Assembly (NCBI GenBank): GCA_003344405.1
Contig: NOWV01000024.1
Location: forward strand, 558,001-622,000
DNA: 64,000 nt
Reading direction: 5' to 3'
Source: Trichoplax sp. H2
Taxonomy: Eukaryota
This document shows, piece by piece, positions 42,764 through 56,069 of this stretch. The notes under the pieces were generated by a model. The model was not told where the DNA came from. It did not search any database and worked only from the letters and a program-made list of their open reading frames with translations. Positions within the stretch are counted from its first letter, which is position 1. Every line of letters starts with the position of its first letter. A program made the translations under genes and the position numbers.

Positions 42764-45538
42764 ATGATGCGATATTGTCTATATAGTATTATTGCCATAT
42801 TCCTAAACATTACACCAAGAATAATATCACAAAATTACTTACATGGCATAAGACCTCAATCATCCGATCCACCGACTTTTGCCTTCCTTAATGGTGATTT
42901 AATCATTGGTGGATTAGTAGCACCTCATATATGGTATAATTGGACTAGTAAAACTTGCTATAATCTGGCTTTCTCCGATATTAAACGCACCCAAGCTATC
43001 ATTTACGCTATCGAACAAATTAATCAAGATAAACAGCTATTACCTAACATTAAACTTGGCTACGATTTACGCGACATATGCGATACAGCAAATTTAGCTT
43101 CAATCCAAGCTCTACATTTTATCACCAAATCAATAGAAGGCGACCATCAAAGTTGTTTTCAACCTAGCGAGCTCTCAAAGCAGCCATCTACAAATGGTAG
43201 AGCTTCTGGATATCATCGTAATAAAATAGTCGGCATAGTTGGCGCCTTGCGTACTAAAGGATCGTTCGCTGCTGCTACCATACTTAGCAATTTTGACTTA
43301 GCTCAAGTGAGCTACGGCTCAAGTAGTCGTATATTAGATGATAAAGAACGTTTTAAAACATTTTTTCGCACAATTCCATCCGATATTTACCAAGCACGAG
43401 CTCTTGTCGACATCATAAAATATTTTCAATGGAGTTATGTTGGACTACTAGCTATTGATGATGGCTACGGCGAAATGTTGGCAAGTACTTTCACATCCAT
43501 AGCGCTTCAAAATAGCATATGTATACCAGTTTATCGTACATTTCCACTCAAATGGACCAAAAAGCATCTGCGTGAAATCATTAAACAATTTGTAAAACTG
43601 ACCGAAATTAAAGTCATTCTCTTGCTTTGTACAGAAACTGATGCATCAGCAATATTTGAAGAAGCATCACGGCAAAATCTAAAAGGTAAAATATTTATTG
43701 GTTGTGATGCTTGGGGATATGGTCGCAATATAGCTAACAAATTTCCTGATGTGATTGAAGGAGCACTATCTGTCGCGTTTCCTTTCAATCCATTATTAGC
43801 TTTTCGTCGCTACTTGCAAAGATTAAATATATGCGAAATAGAAAATCTTAACCCGTGGCTGTTTCAATTTTTATTACAACAACAAAATAATATCACTCTA
43901 GGAAAAGAGCTTGATTGTAAACTAATGCAAGAATTGTATCTGCAACTTCTACAACAGGATTCACAAGATCCATTAGAGTATTCAGATTTTGCGATTGATG
44001 CTGTTTATGCCGTTGCTCATGCATTACATCAGTCTTTACATTGTAATCATACCGCCTGCCCTCTTCATAATTTAGATGAATTTAAATCGAGCGATATTGT
44101 TAATGCCCTCTATAATTTAACGTTCAAGTCTGTAACCTCAAATTATGTTTATATCGACGGAAACGGTCCTGGCCATGGAGAATATACAATATTAAATCAT
44201 CAATACGACAGTAAATCGAATCAATTTCAATTTAAGCCCATCGGCCGATGGGAATATGACTTACGCCATGAAAATATTAGTAAACTGATCATCAATAATT
44301 CAGAAGTATCATGGTCACGACAACAAAAATTGCCATTTATACCAATATCACAGTGTTCTCGAGACTGCCAACCAGGAGAATATCGTCAATATTTCACTGA
44401 TATGAATTGCTGCTGGAATTGTTTACCATGTCCGATAAATTCCATATCTAACATAACTAATGCTCACATGTGCTATACTTGCGATGTAGGATTGATACCC
44501 GATCCGACACAATCGCAATGTATTTTAGTTAATATCACCTACCTAACGATATCCCATCCGCTGATTATTACCTTAATAGTTATCATTAGCATTGGTATTA
44601 TATGTGTGTTAGCTGTATGGTCAGTTTTTATAAAGCATCAGCAGACAGCTATCGTCAGAGCATCTAATAATCTATTTACCAATTGCTTGTTAGCTGGCAT
44701 ACTACTAACCTATACAGTACCCGTCATAATTATCTTGCCGATATCATCATTAACTTGTAATTTAACCTATATCACCTTTATGACATCTTTTGCCTATATA
44801 ATGGCCGTAATATTAGCTAAAACGTATCTGTTAATTAAGATTTTCTTTCCTCAAAGTCGGTTAGATAAAATTATGCGGAAAATATTATGCAGTAGAAGTG
44901 CGCCACAGTCTACAATCATTGTCATCATCATGACTATAGTTACTTTAGTACAAGTTGTAGTATTAACTGCAGACCCATTAATGCCAGCACGATATGTTTC
45001 CAACAATGAACTAGTTTATGCATATTGTACAGCCAATACTATGAGCGGTTTTGGCTTGACTATTTCTATATTATTGGCGCTAAATACAATGTGCATCATA
45101 TTTGCATATAAAACTCGTAGATTACCGCAAAACTTTAATGAAGCTCGATATATATATTTCGTATCTATTACTATGTGCTTAGTGTTATGTGTAATTTTTC
45201 CGTCCTATTTGGTTACACGGGGACCAATTCAAAATGCAATTGCAGCCTTTAGTATTTTTGCCATTTCCACAGCTCTATTAGCTTGTTTATTTGTTCCCAA
45301 AATCTACATCATAATTTGTTATCCTGAGCTAAATACGAAACAGCAGGTAGTATCAGAAGTAGCTCATTTTAGTCTTTCAGCTACCGAACGAAAGAAACTA
45401 CCTGAAAATAATGATTACGTCTTTATTGGAAGAAAGAAATCAGTTGTATGCCATTCATCAGTAAACCAATCAACTGTGGTTCGTTGTAATTCGACTAGAA
45501 GTAATGAATCAAAAATACCTGTAGAAAGTATGGTATAG
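42764..45538 (+). CDS. Class C GPCR (CaSR/mGluR-like; Venus flytrap + 9-Cys domain + 7TM), single coding exon, 924 aa
   Basis: Uninterrupted ORF with signal peptide, GDLIIGGL, LLPNIKLGYDLRDIC, QVSYGSSS, FFRTIPSD, DAVYAVAHAL, SQCSRDC...CCWNCLPC, TAIVRASN, KTRRLPQNFNEARYI and FVPKIYII. Confidence 0.96.
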   Translation: MMRYCLYSIIAIFLNITPRIISQNYLHGIRPQSSDPPTFAFLNGDLIIGGLVAPHIWYNWTSKTCYNLAFSDIKRTQAIIYAIEQINQDKQLLPNIKLGYDLRDICDTANLASIQALHFITKSIEGDHQSCFQPSELSKQPSTNGRASGYHRNKIVGIVGALRTKGSFAAATILSNFDLAQVSYGSSSRILDDKERFKTFFRTIPSDIYQARALVDIIKYFQWSYVGLLAIDDGYGEMLASTFTSIALQNSICIPVYRTFPLKWTKKHLREIIKQFVKLTEIKVILLLCTETDASAIFEEASRQNLKGKIFIGCDAWGYGRNIANKFPDVIEGALSVAFPFNPLLAFRRYLQRLNICEIENLNPWLFQFLLQQQNNITLGKELDCKLMQELYLQLLQQDSQDPLEYSDFAIDAVYAVAHALHQSLHCNHTACPLHNLDEFKSSDIVNALYNLTFKSVTSNYVYIDGNGPGHGEYTILNHQYDSKSNQFQFKPIGRWEYDLRHENISKLIINNSEVSWSRQQKLPFIPISQCSRDCQPGEYRQYFTDMNCCWNCLPCPINSISNITNAHMCYTCDVGLIPDPTQSQCILVNITYLTISHPLIITLIVIISIGIICVLAVWSVFIKHQQTAIVRASNNLFTNCLLAGILLTYTVPVIIILPISSLTCNLTYITFMTSFAYIMAVILAKTYLLIKIFFPQSRLDKIMRKILCSRSAPQSTIIVIIMTIVTLVQVVVLTADPLMPARYVSNNELVYAYCTANTMSGFGLTISILLALNTMCIIFAYKTRRLPQNFNEARYIYFVSITMCLVLCVIFPSYLVTRGPIQNAIAAFSIFAISTALLACLFVPKIYIIICYPELNTKQQVVSEVAHFSLSATERKKLPENNDYVFIGRKKSVVCHSSVNQSTVVRCNSTRSNESKIPVESMV

Positions 45539-46589
45539 CAGTTATCCTACCCCTTTAAGTTTAGAAAATCTCTACTTCTGAGCAATTTGCCATTAATTGA
45601 ATTTTGCTTTAGCATTAATGAAAACATTTCTAAATAAAATCTTAAAAATAAGATTCTCAACAAGAAGAATTTATAGTCATTTCTTAGCGAAGGGTATTGC
45701 GTAAAAGCAGTAAAAAATATGCTAATCATATAAGCTTCAAATACGATTCTAAAAATAGTAAATAATTCTTATCCACTACTTAAGATATCAATTCTGGATA
45801 TCGTTACTCTTTGAATACTGAAGCTTTTAACATGAAAGCCAAAACAGAGAGACTCAAGCTTTTAATTCAGAACTTTTATATGATAAGTGCATTATATATT
45901 ATGTTATTAAATAACGTAATTTTATATGATCAGTATCATAATAGCATATCAATTAAATGGATGCTAAGTTGCAACGGCATCTTGAATGAAGAACAATCTG
46001 AAGACACTAGTATGTCATCCTTAAGGTTGCAGTCAGCTAATAAAATTATAAATTCCGATAAAGGCATACTATTTTGTCTATATTTTTGCATTTTGTTATT
46101 CAGATTTGCGATATAATAGCATATTTCAACATTAATAAATCTACATTATCTATAGTCGTCTATCGTAGTATCCAATCTCAGTGTAATTAAGCTACGATGC
46201 TATCATCTGCTCCTTAATATTTTAATCGATAATATATTGTTAATGCCACTTTCGATATTGTCAAATATAGTTTTTACATCCTTACGATTAGAATACTAGA
46301 ATAATATATGCGAACATATGATGCTAAATTAGAACATTTAATGAATCAAGCACACCGTCTTAAATATCGTAATCATTTCAGTCCACTCAATAATTAAAGA
46401 AATGGATTTTATATTGATAATTTAAAACCTTAGGCTATAGTTCCAATTTTGTCGCTCATGTGATTTCCGATGTTCTCTTGTAGAAAGTCTATGATGTCAT
46501 TTATTTAAAAAATCTAGAAGAGGTAGCAAAAATATATTCTTTAATACTTTCATAATTGTTACTTTAATTACTTTAATCAACAGTTTTAC

Positions 46590-46680
46590 GTCACGAATAC
46601 CGCTATGAATTTATTACTGCGGCCTTTAACCCTTCATGTCACGAATGTCATCGTGAATTTACTACGGTAGTCCTTTAACT
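46590..46680. repeat. Short diverged direct duplication (about 49-bp period)
   Basis: GTCACGAAT...TGAATTTA.TAC.G..G.CCTTTAAC occurs twice. Confidence 0.6.
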
Positions 46681-48458
46681 TATATTTTAACGCTTTTATC
46701 TTCATTTAAGAAAGTTGCTCTGAATGTTTAGTTTCAACTATGAAATCATTACGCGATTTTCTAACTATTACTACCAATGAAAAGTGGTTATGAATACAGC
46801 ATTGAGCTTGAGATGTATTTCTATGATTTTCTATCTAGAAATATCGTTACTATAGCTTAATATCACTGCAGAACTCACATTTATTTAATAAGATTAGTAT
46901 GAGCCACTCTTGCTTACCGAACTTTCTTTGCATTCACTCCTATTAATATTGATTTTAGTAAATCAAGATACCATCAATATAGCATGTGAAACTGATGGCT
47001 AATCATAATTTGATTATGTAAGGTCCAGCATAATCGATACCGTTGTTAATGATAACAATCATTAGAAAACGTTCCAACTAACGAAATTCTAGGCATTCTT
47101 TGAAATTAAAAATCGTACATATAAAAGTTACTTAAATTTGCAACTTTTTATTCTATATCGCGAAACTGTCTATTTCGGGCAATTCATTTGTGCATATACG
47201 ATTTATGATTTCTAAATTGTAGTCCGTATCATTCAATTGAATTGTATCTTTTAAGGTTCTGTGCGTAAATCGAAAATAACGTTAAAATGATTTATAACCA
47301 TTTTTATTGCCCTCTGCTAGTTTACGACTACCAAAAACTTAACGAGGATTATGAAACAAAAATAATTTGGGTAATACGTGCAGTCTATGGCAATTAATGT
47401 AACTTAAGTGCATTTATATTATATTACTCCTTTCTAATTTAAGATTAGGCACAATGTAAAGAAGTAACATTTATTAACAATATATTACTATTAATCTCTG
47501 CTGTCTAATGCAGTAATATAATCGGACTTTTATTACACATCTTATGCACATAATGTAGAAGCTGATTTACTAGATTTGATTGTAAATTAAGCCCTTTCAA
47601 GATTGTGATGTAACTGATTACAAAATTCCAAATTTTGTAGAAAATTAGGACTTTATTAGATCTTTATACAAAGATAATCTGCACACAGCTATACTATCTA
47701 CTAGATAGACTTCTTCACAGAACTGCTAAATAATCTAAAAGCTGCCAGCTTAAATACACTTGGTAGCATTTGTAGCTACAATCTGCAAAGCGATATTTTA
47801 CCTTATTTTACAAATTTTTAGATTATTATTAGCAACATTTTACGGTGAACCATCTATAATACAATATGGTAACAACCACTGCATTTATGCAGACATTATT
47901 TCAACCAGCCAAAGTACGATGAACTAACTATATCCATATTTACCTTTAGCATCAATAGTGATTTAATGTCTTAATGTATTCGGCCATCTTTACTCTAACA
48001 TGGAATCTTAAATTACAGTCTATGGCTATGAGCTACTAAATATAGAAAGCTACCCTACCGTACTCTATACTAAACATGTTTGACAATCTATAACCCAATC
48101 CTTAGCTATATTGCAAAGATAAACTGCAGTGACACAACACTGCTCTACTTATTATGCAGTGGTATTACCTGCAAATGAAATAGAACAAAATCATAAAACC
48201 GGAAAGGATGAAAGTTTATTCCATTTATGTTGTGTAAGATTAAGAGAAAATCATTTCTATTAAATATTTAAGACCTTTCCTATTATTTTAATTGCAAATC
48301 GTCACATTACTGTAATATATTGAATCACACCAAATACCTTATTTAAACATAGTAATATTACTCTAAAAATATTTTGTGTATTTTTGGCCTTGTACAGTAC
48401 GAAGCATAAATATAAGTTTGTTAACTACATATTTTTACTTAAAGAAGTAATTGTTAAG

Positions 48459-51400
48459 TTAAGTTCTTTTCTTGAATGAAATTTGAATATTAGCATCAGG
48501 TGCTAGAACCAAACGGCTGATTAATCCTACTTCTTCCTTATTCTTACATTCTATTTTAAACTCCGATATCAGCTAAAAAAAAGTAAAATATTGATGCAAT
48601 TTTTATCGTAGTAGTTCGAGGGACACAATTATACTAGCGGAAATATAAAATTGAAGTTAATATTGAATACTGTAATTTACAAACCCTTGCGATTAACAAA
48701 TGTATTTCAAGCTCTGCTATACGACGCCCTATACACATTCGTGGACCATAACCAAAGGGCAAATGGGCAAAACGATTGACCTTCAAGCCAGTATAAGATC
48801 GGGCCCATCTTTCGGGTTTAATTTTATGCGGTTCGTCGTATATTTGAGGATTAAAAGACATGGCATAGATACCATTGACTACGATTGTCTGATGATATTA
48901 ATTAAATAAGAAGTAAAAGGAATATCGTAAGTAGGTGTAGTAGCGTTTAAGTAAATACAAACTTTTATACCGTTACGATTACTACAAACTAGGAAATTTC
49001 GTAAAATCTAAACAGCAACATACCAGGTCATCATTATTTACTGATCTGTAGTAATATGCCCTTAATAATATTACTTTCGATAGAAAATATCATCTAAATA
49101 GTTGTCTCCTAAATAACAATGCCATTCACATTGGTCTAATTTATTTAAATTGAAATATTTCAAAATATGACTATTCTTTACGATAAAATTAATTGCGAAG
49201 AGAATAGTACAATAAGTTTGTTATTTAAAATTATAAATTGCGATTGGACAAACCTTAGCTGGAACATGATATCCACATAGTACTGCATCTTTTGCAATTT
49301 CGCGAATTGGGGCGTATATAACCGGATAAATTCTATTGCAAATCATGATTAAGTGTGAGCTTAAATATGGCTATATTCTATTCGATGTGTTCATATTAAA
49401 TTTGTAATGCTGTTCAAAGTTGCAAGCTAGAAATTATAATACCGTTGACCTTCTTTTACCAGGCCTCTAAGGTAGGGCATATTTTGAACTGACTCAGCAT
49501 CCGGGTACTTTGAATTTTGAAGTACACCTGAGACTTCGTTATAAAGCTTTTCTTGTATGTCTGGATGTTTTCCTAAGATGTATAAAGCCCAAAGCACTGT
49601 ATTGGCAGACTAAAATAAAAACAATTGAGAAAATTATGTAATTGATCAAAGTTGCGGTGTCGCTCTAAAAAAAATATTACCAACATTATCAAATATAAAT
49701 GAGATATTTATGATGATTGAACAACATATCAGCAAATGAATTAGTCAGTCGAATTTGAAAAGTTACGAAGATTGATGAAGTACTTTTATGTTGTTACAAT
49801 CACAAGCCATTACGGTAATAAATTAGTAATCGTAAACGAATAATAACACTGTTATCCTAGCTAACCGTATCTACACCACCGCCCATTATTTCCACCACGT
49901 TAGCTGAAACTTCCTCTTCGCTTAATTCCTCTTTTAATAGCACATAGGGCAAAAATTCTAATTCTTCGCTACGCCACCGATCTTTGTCCTTGCCAAGTGA
50001 TTGAATTTCCTTTTGCAATTTTTGCGTCTCTTCTTTCACCAGTTGATCTCCAATTTCAAATAAGGTATCCCAATCATGGCAATATTTCTTCCAGAATCGA
50101 GTCTTGAAGTATTTATAGTATGCTGGAGCATACAAAAGGGAATATGTTCCTTCCAGCATATTAATTACGCTGTTAAAAAATTTCTGAGCAAAGGGAAGCG
50201 GCGGATCATTAAGCGTGCCAAGTCGTTTATTGTAGATAACTGAATTTATAGCTAAGGAATGTAATCAACAACATGAATTTAATATGCAGCATATAGAAAA
50301 TTATTTTTTCTATCCGTATGAAGCCTTAAAAATACACAAAGTTTTATAGTTGATCTAATTACAGCATTAGAACATTGATTCCATATCTTCTAATATCAAT
50401 AGCTTTAACTTGCAATAGATATTTTGATAATTGCTTGCTGTACTTATTAGTCGTTTCTGAGTATAAGTCGTCAATTGATTTATTCCTATACTTACTCTCG
50501 AATGACCATTTGTAAAGGTACTGGCGAAACTCTACTTCGCCGCTTTCAAGGCAGTCTTTGTTGGACTGAATGTAGCGAATAAAGTCGGTGATAATATCGT
50601 TCATTCTTTCTGCATAAGCACTAACATCTTTTACTTTTAATAATTTCTTGTCGATAATACTGCGAGCTTTTCTCCACTCTTTGCCGTCTCTGTAAAAAGA
50701 AAGAGTTAAATTATAGATGTAAATACAAGAACGAATTAGATATGATATTTTAGAAATAAGGTGAATATTGCAGCTATACTGAATCCTATCTAGAGAGTTA
50801 TAATCTAATTCATATCCATGATATAGATACGATCTCTTTAATTCTCTTGTATGATAATCGTAATCTACTAGCTGATAATCCTAGTAAAGAACAATAATAG
50901 TAACTCATATAATTACAATTAATAGTTCTACGGTTGAGATTGATTACGAACAAAGACGATATAGAATCTAAGATAATTTAAGTAAATTTCAACTGTTGCA
51001 AGCATGAAAAGGCAATTAAAATGATATGTATTAGCAGATAGACGGTCTTATTAGCTTAATAAGATATTATCGTGCTATTATCTTTGATGCTGCCACAAAC
51101 GAATATGTACGAGTACATTCTACGCTATTATTAACGGTGTTTAGGCCATTTTGATGATACAGGTTATATGATAACTTCAGTTGAATGGCAAGTTCTATAT
51201 GTGATCGAGGACAATATAAGTACATGCTGGATGACAACTGCCGTAAGCATGCAACGGCAAGTAAAATGATATGGATAGTATTAATATAGTAGGATATTAT
51301 TGTGCTACTATCCTTGACGTGGCCCGCATACGAACTCTTTTGCAACAACCTTATTTTAATGATTGGTTTGTGGTAATGATGCTTAGGCCATTTTGGTAGT

Positions 51401-52103
51401 CATTTCGATGCAAAATATAGATCAATCTTAGTAATACATATGGACGCTTGCATGATAATGACTCCATGTATTCAATATTTTAGACGATAGCAAGTCAATA
51501 TGTGTTCCATTCGAAGGGATTTCCTATTTCTGTCAAGGAAGTAATAATACAGGAGCAGTATCGCAGGTAATAAGGAAGTAGCGGGCTTCAAGGATCGCTT
51601 CAATTGATTTGACCGCAAGTGGAGTAAAATTGGATTTAACAATTCATATTAAGTATTCCCAGAAGTATGATGATAGTGCATTACCCTACAGCGATGCCTT
51701 TAGCTCTTTTACTTTGCATTCTGTGATGGATGAAAGGTTTCACCAGACCTCTAGTCGGATATGTTCCTTCAGCACTATAGATTTTAGAAATCTCGTTTGG
51801 ATCGGTTACGACCACAGTTTGCCAGGTAAATATCTTTTGTTTATAAATTGGACCATACTTTTTAGTATTTTCCAGAAGTAAAAGATGCGGTCTTTTAAGA
51901 TAGTAGCTATCATTTCGTAGAAATGTCATCAGATCCCCTATTATTGGCAGACCTTTCGGTCCAGGAATTTGATGAAAAGGTTTAGTATTACATTCAACTT
52001 GTGTGTCGCTACCAATCGCTGTCGATGTAGCGGATCGAATGGATACTTGTCGATACAAAGTATTCCATCGTTGCAGGTAAGGAACGGATAGTTTCCACTT
52101 CAT
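48459..52103 (-). CDS. Mitochondrial-clan cytochrome P450 (CYP24/CYP27/CYP11-related clan), 7 exons, about 520 aa
   Basis: Exons 52103-51685, 50689-50496, 50251-49866, 49609-49443, 49332-49254, 48888-48685, 48572-48459 (1563 nt, in phase). Basic/hydroxylated N-terminus without a TM anchor, KPFHQIPGP, GKEWRKAR, I-helix GGVDTSA, KEGQR (ExxR), PERW, heme loop PFGYGPRMCIG. Confidence 0.95.
50995..51400. repeat. Old diverged direct duplication (about 240-bp period) in CYP intron 1
   Basis: Paired blocks AAGCATG.AA.GGCAA.TAAAATGATATG (~51000/51244), GATATTAT.GTGCTA.TATC.TTGA.G (~51063/51293) and TTAGGCCATTTTG (~51141/51383). Confidence 0.7.
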
Positions 52104-52228
52104 ACTGTTCTAATCTTACTCAATATCACTGCCTTTCTAGCGTAATTCTTTCTGCCGTTGAATCTTCCTTTCTAATAATTAATAACATTAGTTTAGTCGA
52201 GAATTTGTTATCTGTGAAAGACTTGCAA

Positions 52229-52555
52229 GTAAATGATATTATTTACAGCCGGAAAAAAAAATATCGACACCAATTAGAGTAAATCCTATAGTATGCAGTC
52301 CGTATGATCACAAGTCTCGGTCTATAACGGTACAGTGAATGTAAATGATATTATTCAGAGCCGGAAAAAAATATCGGCACCAATTAGAGTAGATCCGTCA
52401 GTGTACTGTCCGTATGATCACAAGTCTCGGTCAGTTTTAACGGTACTTTGAATGTAAATGATATTAATCAGAGCCGGAAAGAAATATCGGCACTAATTAG
52501 AGTAAATCCGTCAGTATGCTGTCCGTATGATCACAAGTCTCAGTCTATACGGTAC
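52229..52555. repeat. Tandem repeat, 3 units of about 112 bp, starting about 125 bp upstream of the CYP start codon
   Basis: GTAAATGATATTA...AGCCGGAAA(A)nTATCG.CAC.AATTAGAGTA.ATCC...GTCCGTATGATCACAAGTCTC at 52229, 52341 and 52454. Confidence 0.95.
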
Positions 52556-53751
52556 AAATACATAGTTCGTAACTAAGATCTCTTGGACTGCAGTATACGT
52601 ACAACGAAATTTTTGCTACCTATTAATTCCATGGTAACCCCACTGACAAAATCGATTGCCATATCTACAGCTTCAATTTTATTATTATTTATTTTATAAA
52701 TGCTAGATCCTTTACTTAATAATTGTAATTGTAAGAGTTATGGTGAGTACAGTCAAGTGTATTTTTTTGGAATAGAAGCAGTCTAGTACAACTCTACTGG
52801 TATTCCATTTAGAAGTCCTGATTCCGACCAAGGACTGCTGAGGAAAAAAACACCAGTAGAGTAGTTAGTATTCTTACCCTAACAATTTTCTTCATACAGT
52901 ACCCGAATGGAATACGATACGATACTATGCATACTATGATAATCTTGAATGAACAATGCTATCAAAATGCAGTTCATGATTCTTGGAATTTTATTTATTG
53001 ATAGAATAAGATATTGTTTATGTTTATCGACTTAGTTCAACCGTGAGATGAGGAAGAAATTTGCATAATTACTTTACTGTGTTAACCTTGGAGTTATAAT
53101 TCGTAAAATCGGTATGCTTATTTGATGACTAAAATGTGGGACACATGCTTTCATTTTGGAGTCGTAGTCTTTAGATTAGGGCTTAGATAACACTGTTAGC
53201 ACAATATGTTCTTATCTTATGCTATTCGTTATAAACTTAGTTATCTCGTTGATAAATGTGATAATACAGTATGTCAGTTACTCTTCATGGTATGCCATTC
53301 TAGAACTTTATTACTATTGTTACCTACTTAGGACGCATATATAGTAAGATAATCTAGATGTGAATTTTCTTTTAATGCATTGCGTTGTGTAGAATATGTA
53401 CCCATTCATTTGAACGGGAATTTCTAGTGAACCCTTTTAATCTTGTTACAAGAAAATCTTACAAAAAAGAAGATTGTAACCAACTGCTAAATACTAAATG
53501 TCAATTGAATAGGCCATTTTGATGTCTTCATGAAATAATTTATCATGTGAAGTGGTATTATGATTTCAAGAATGGATGCAAAAACGGTTCTTTAACCGTA
53601 GCAAATTAGTATAATTGCTTAAAGTTAACGACTATGCTGAAAGTAAATCTACTAAATGTAGGATAAAGTAATGCATTGGGCGAGAAAAGTTGCAATGCTA
53701 ATTTCATGGCAGTGCGATACTAATCTCTGTTTTAGATATCAGTTTAGTAAG

Positions 53752-54074
53752 CTAGTTGCCGTCTGATACAGGAAATATTATGAGCTAAACCAGTATAGTC
53801 GATCGTCTTGCAGGCCTAACTATTACAATTGCTGTGAATTATTTTTGTGCTCATAGAGAGACATGTACAATTATAGAGTACAGCAAGCTATATCATAAGT
53901 GATTAGAATTACTAGCTGCCATCTGGTATAGAAAATGCCATAAGTTAGACCAGTGTGATCTATTATCTTGCAGGGCTGATCAATACAATTGCTGCGACTC
54001 TTTAATGTTGATGGAGAGATATACAAAATTATAGAGTACAGTAAGTTTCACTATAGTTGCTTGTAATTACTAGC
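53752..54074. repeat. Diverged direct duplication, 2 units of about 160 bp
   Basis: CTAG.TGCC.TCTG.TA.AG.AAAT...ACCAGT...TCTTGCAGG.CT.A..A.TACAATTGCTG.GA...AATTATAGAGTACAG.AAG at ~53752 and ~53912. Confidence 0.8.
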
Positions 54075-56069
54075 ATATATCGATATAGCGGAGTCAATAA
54101 AAAGGCTACAAAGATCTATTCATTGGCACTTCAAAACTCAGAGATAGATTTGCAACATTTCGTAAAGTACCGCAAGCCTCTACAATCAATTCTAATCTTT
54201 GCGTTAGCAATGGTTAATGTAATCTGTATTTAGCGCATTTTTTGCCGATTAATATTAATTTTGAAGTGGTTAGCCAAAAAGAGAGGGTTTTACTTTGAAA
54301 GTATATTTAATAAATTCAGTAATATTTATTAATCATAGTAGTAATTAATTAATTCAGTACTCGATTTAAAATGTAATTAGACATAACGGATGCTAAAGGG
54401 TATGTTTTTATGTTAAATTGAAAGCATATTCTAATAAATAACTTCATTGCCTATCTTTCATTATTTATGAGATCAAATTTAATTTCTATTGCCAGAGTAA
54501 TAGACGCCTGTAATGCAAAATAGGTGCAATTTTAAATCATAATGAATGTCTTGCCTTGATTTATTCAATCATTGTTTTAATCTTATTATTCTGTTCGTTA
54601 AATAATTATAGATTTCCTGCACATGTGAACTGAATTAAAAGGTTTACGATAAAATATAATTGCCTCCATTTCGATGTTGAGATATTTAAATTAAACAATG
54701 TTGCAGATTATTATCTTTGCCATATACAGTATTATTCTGAAGTGATATTAGATCGCAATAATGCACAACAAGGTCAAAATTAAGATAACATACAAACAAA
54801 AAGATTGCTATGAATGGATCAAATTCTTTCTGTGACATGATATAAATTTTTAAGCTACTGATTTCTTCTCCCTTCGTTTATGGCATAACAGCCATGGATA
54901 TAAGTGACCGATACATTATAAGAAGTAAAGATGTCCTGTACCATATAAGTATCGGCGCGAATGGCTTATTTCATATTATTAATTTGTTAAACGTAAAATT
55001 AAATCGAATTCGACACTTTTTATTGATAAACTGTATTTTGATCATCCGAATTCTTATACAAAAAAGAATTCTTTAATTTTTATTATAAAAAAATCAATTT
55101 AATTACATGGATCAGAATCAAGAATATGATGCAATAAGTTGGTATACTAATGGAAGGGTTCATTCAAAAGCGGTATTGCATTGCTTCGTTCAGAATTGAA
55201 CTATTTTTATCATTGGCTATAGTTAATCCAATAAAAATTTAATTAGTAGGTTAGTTTATATTTGAATAATCGACGTTACTGGAATGGATTCAAATTAGAT
55301 TATAATTTGAATAACTAATTCAAACAATGACGTGAATATTAATTAATTATATCCAAGACACCTAAAACTGAATCAATATTTCTAAAACAATATTTACAAC
55401 TGATTGGCTAGCTTGTCATAAGGGAAATTTGCCCATCATTGCATTATTATGCAAGACATATTATGCAACATTGGATAAAAATGTAGAGAAATAAAACAAT
55501 TTGCTAACTCCTGTCGAAAAAGAGAAAGTATTTGTCATTGCATCAATGAATGGTACATCAGTATAGTTACTATGTCGCCTTAGACAAAAATAAACTTGAA
55601 ATAAAACAATCAATTTAGCTAATTAGACATTCTTTTAAGTATCTCTTGGCTCCACTTCAATTTACTAGTAAACAATTAAAAATCTATATCAAATCATTCG
55701 AGATATTCTAAGCACAAAGGGATGTTGGAATAACATTTTTTGCTTTATCATCCCTGTCGTATGAGCAGCATGAATTATTTATTTTCAATCCCATTAATTT
55801 TTTTTCATTCTCATTTTTTCATTTCTAAGAGCTTCAATCTACTGGATATTCACAACGACTGTAGAAGTGCCTCATAAGTTCCCTTAAAAATACCAAAACA
55901 AAAAGAGAGAGGTCCATCAGTATTTAACATTAGAAAATTATACATATCTACTTCTCAGATTAAGTGTATTGATCATCTTTGGTGTTGCGCAAAATCCCTC
56001 CTATTCTCTAAATTTTCAACTATTACATTATAATTATTCTACTGGTTTATTGGTAAAAAATTTAGAAAT

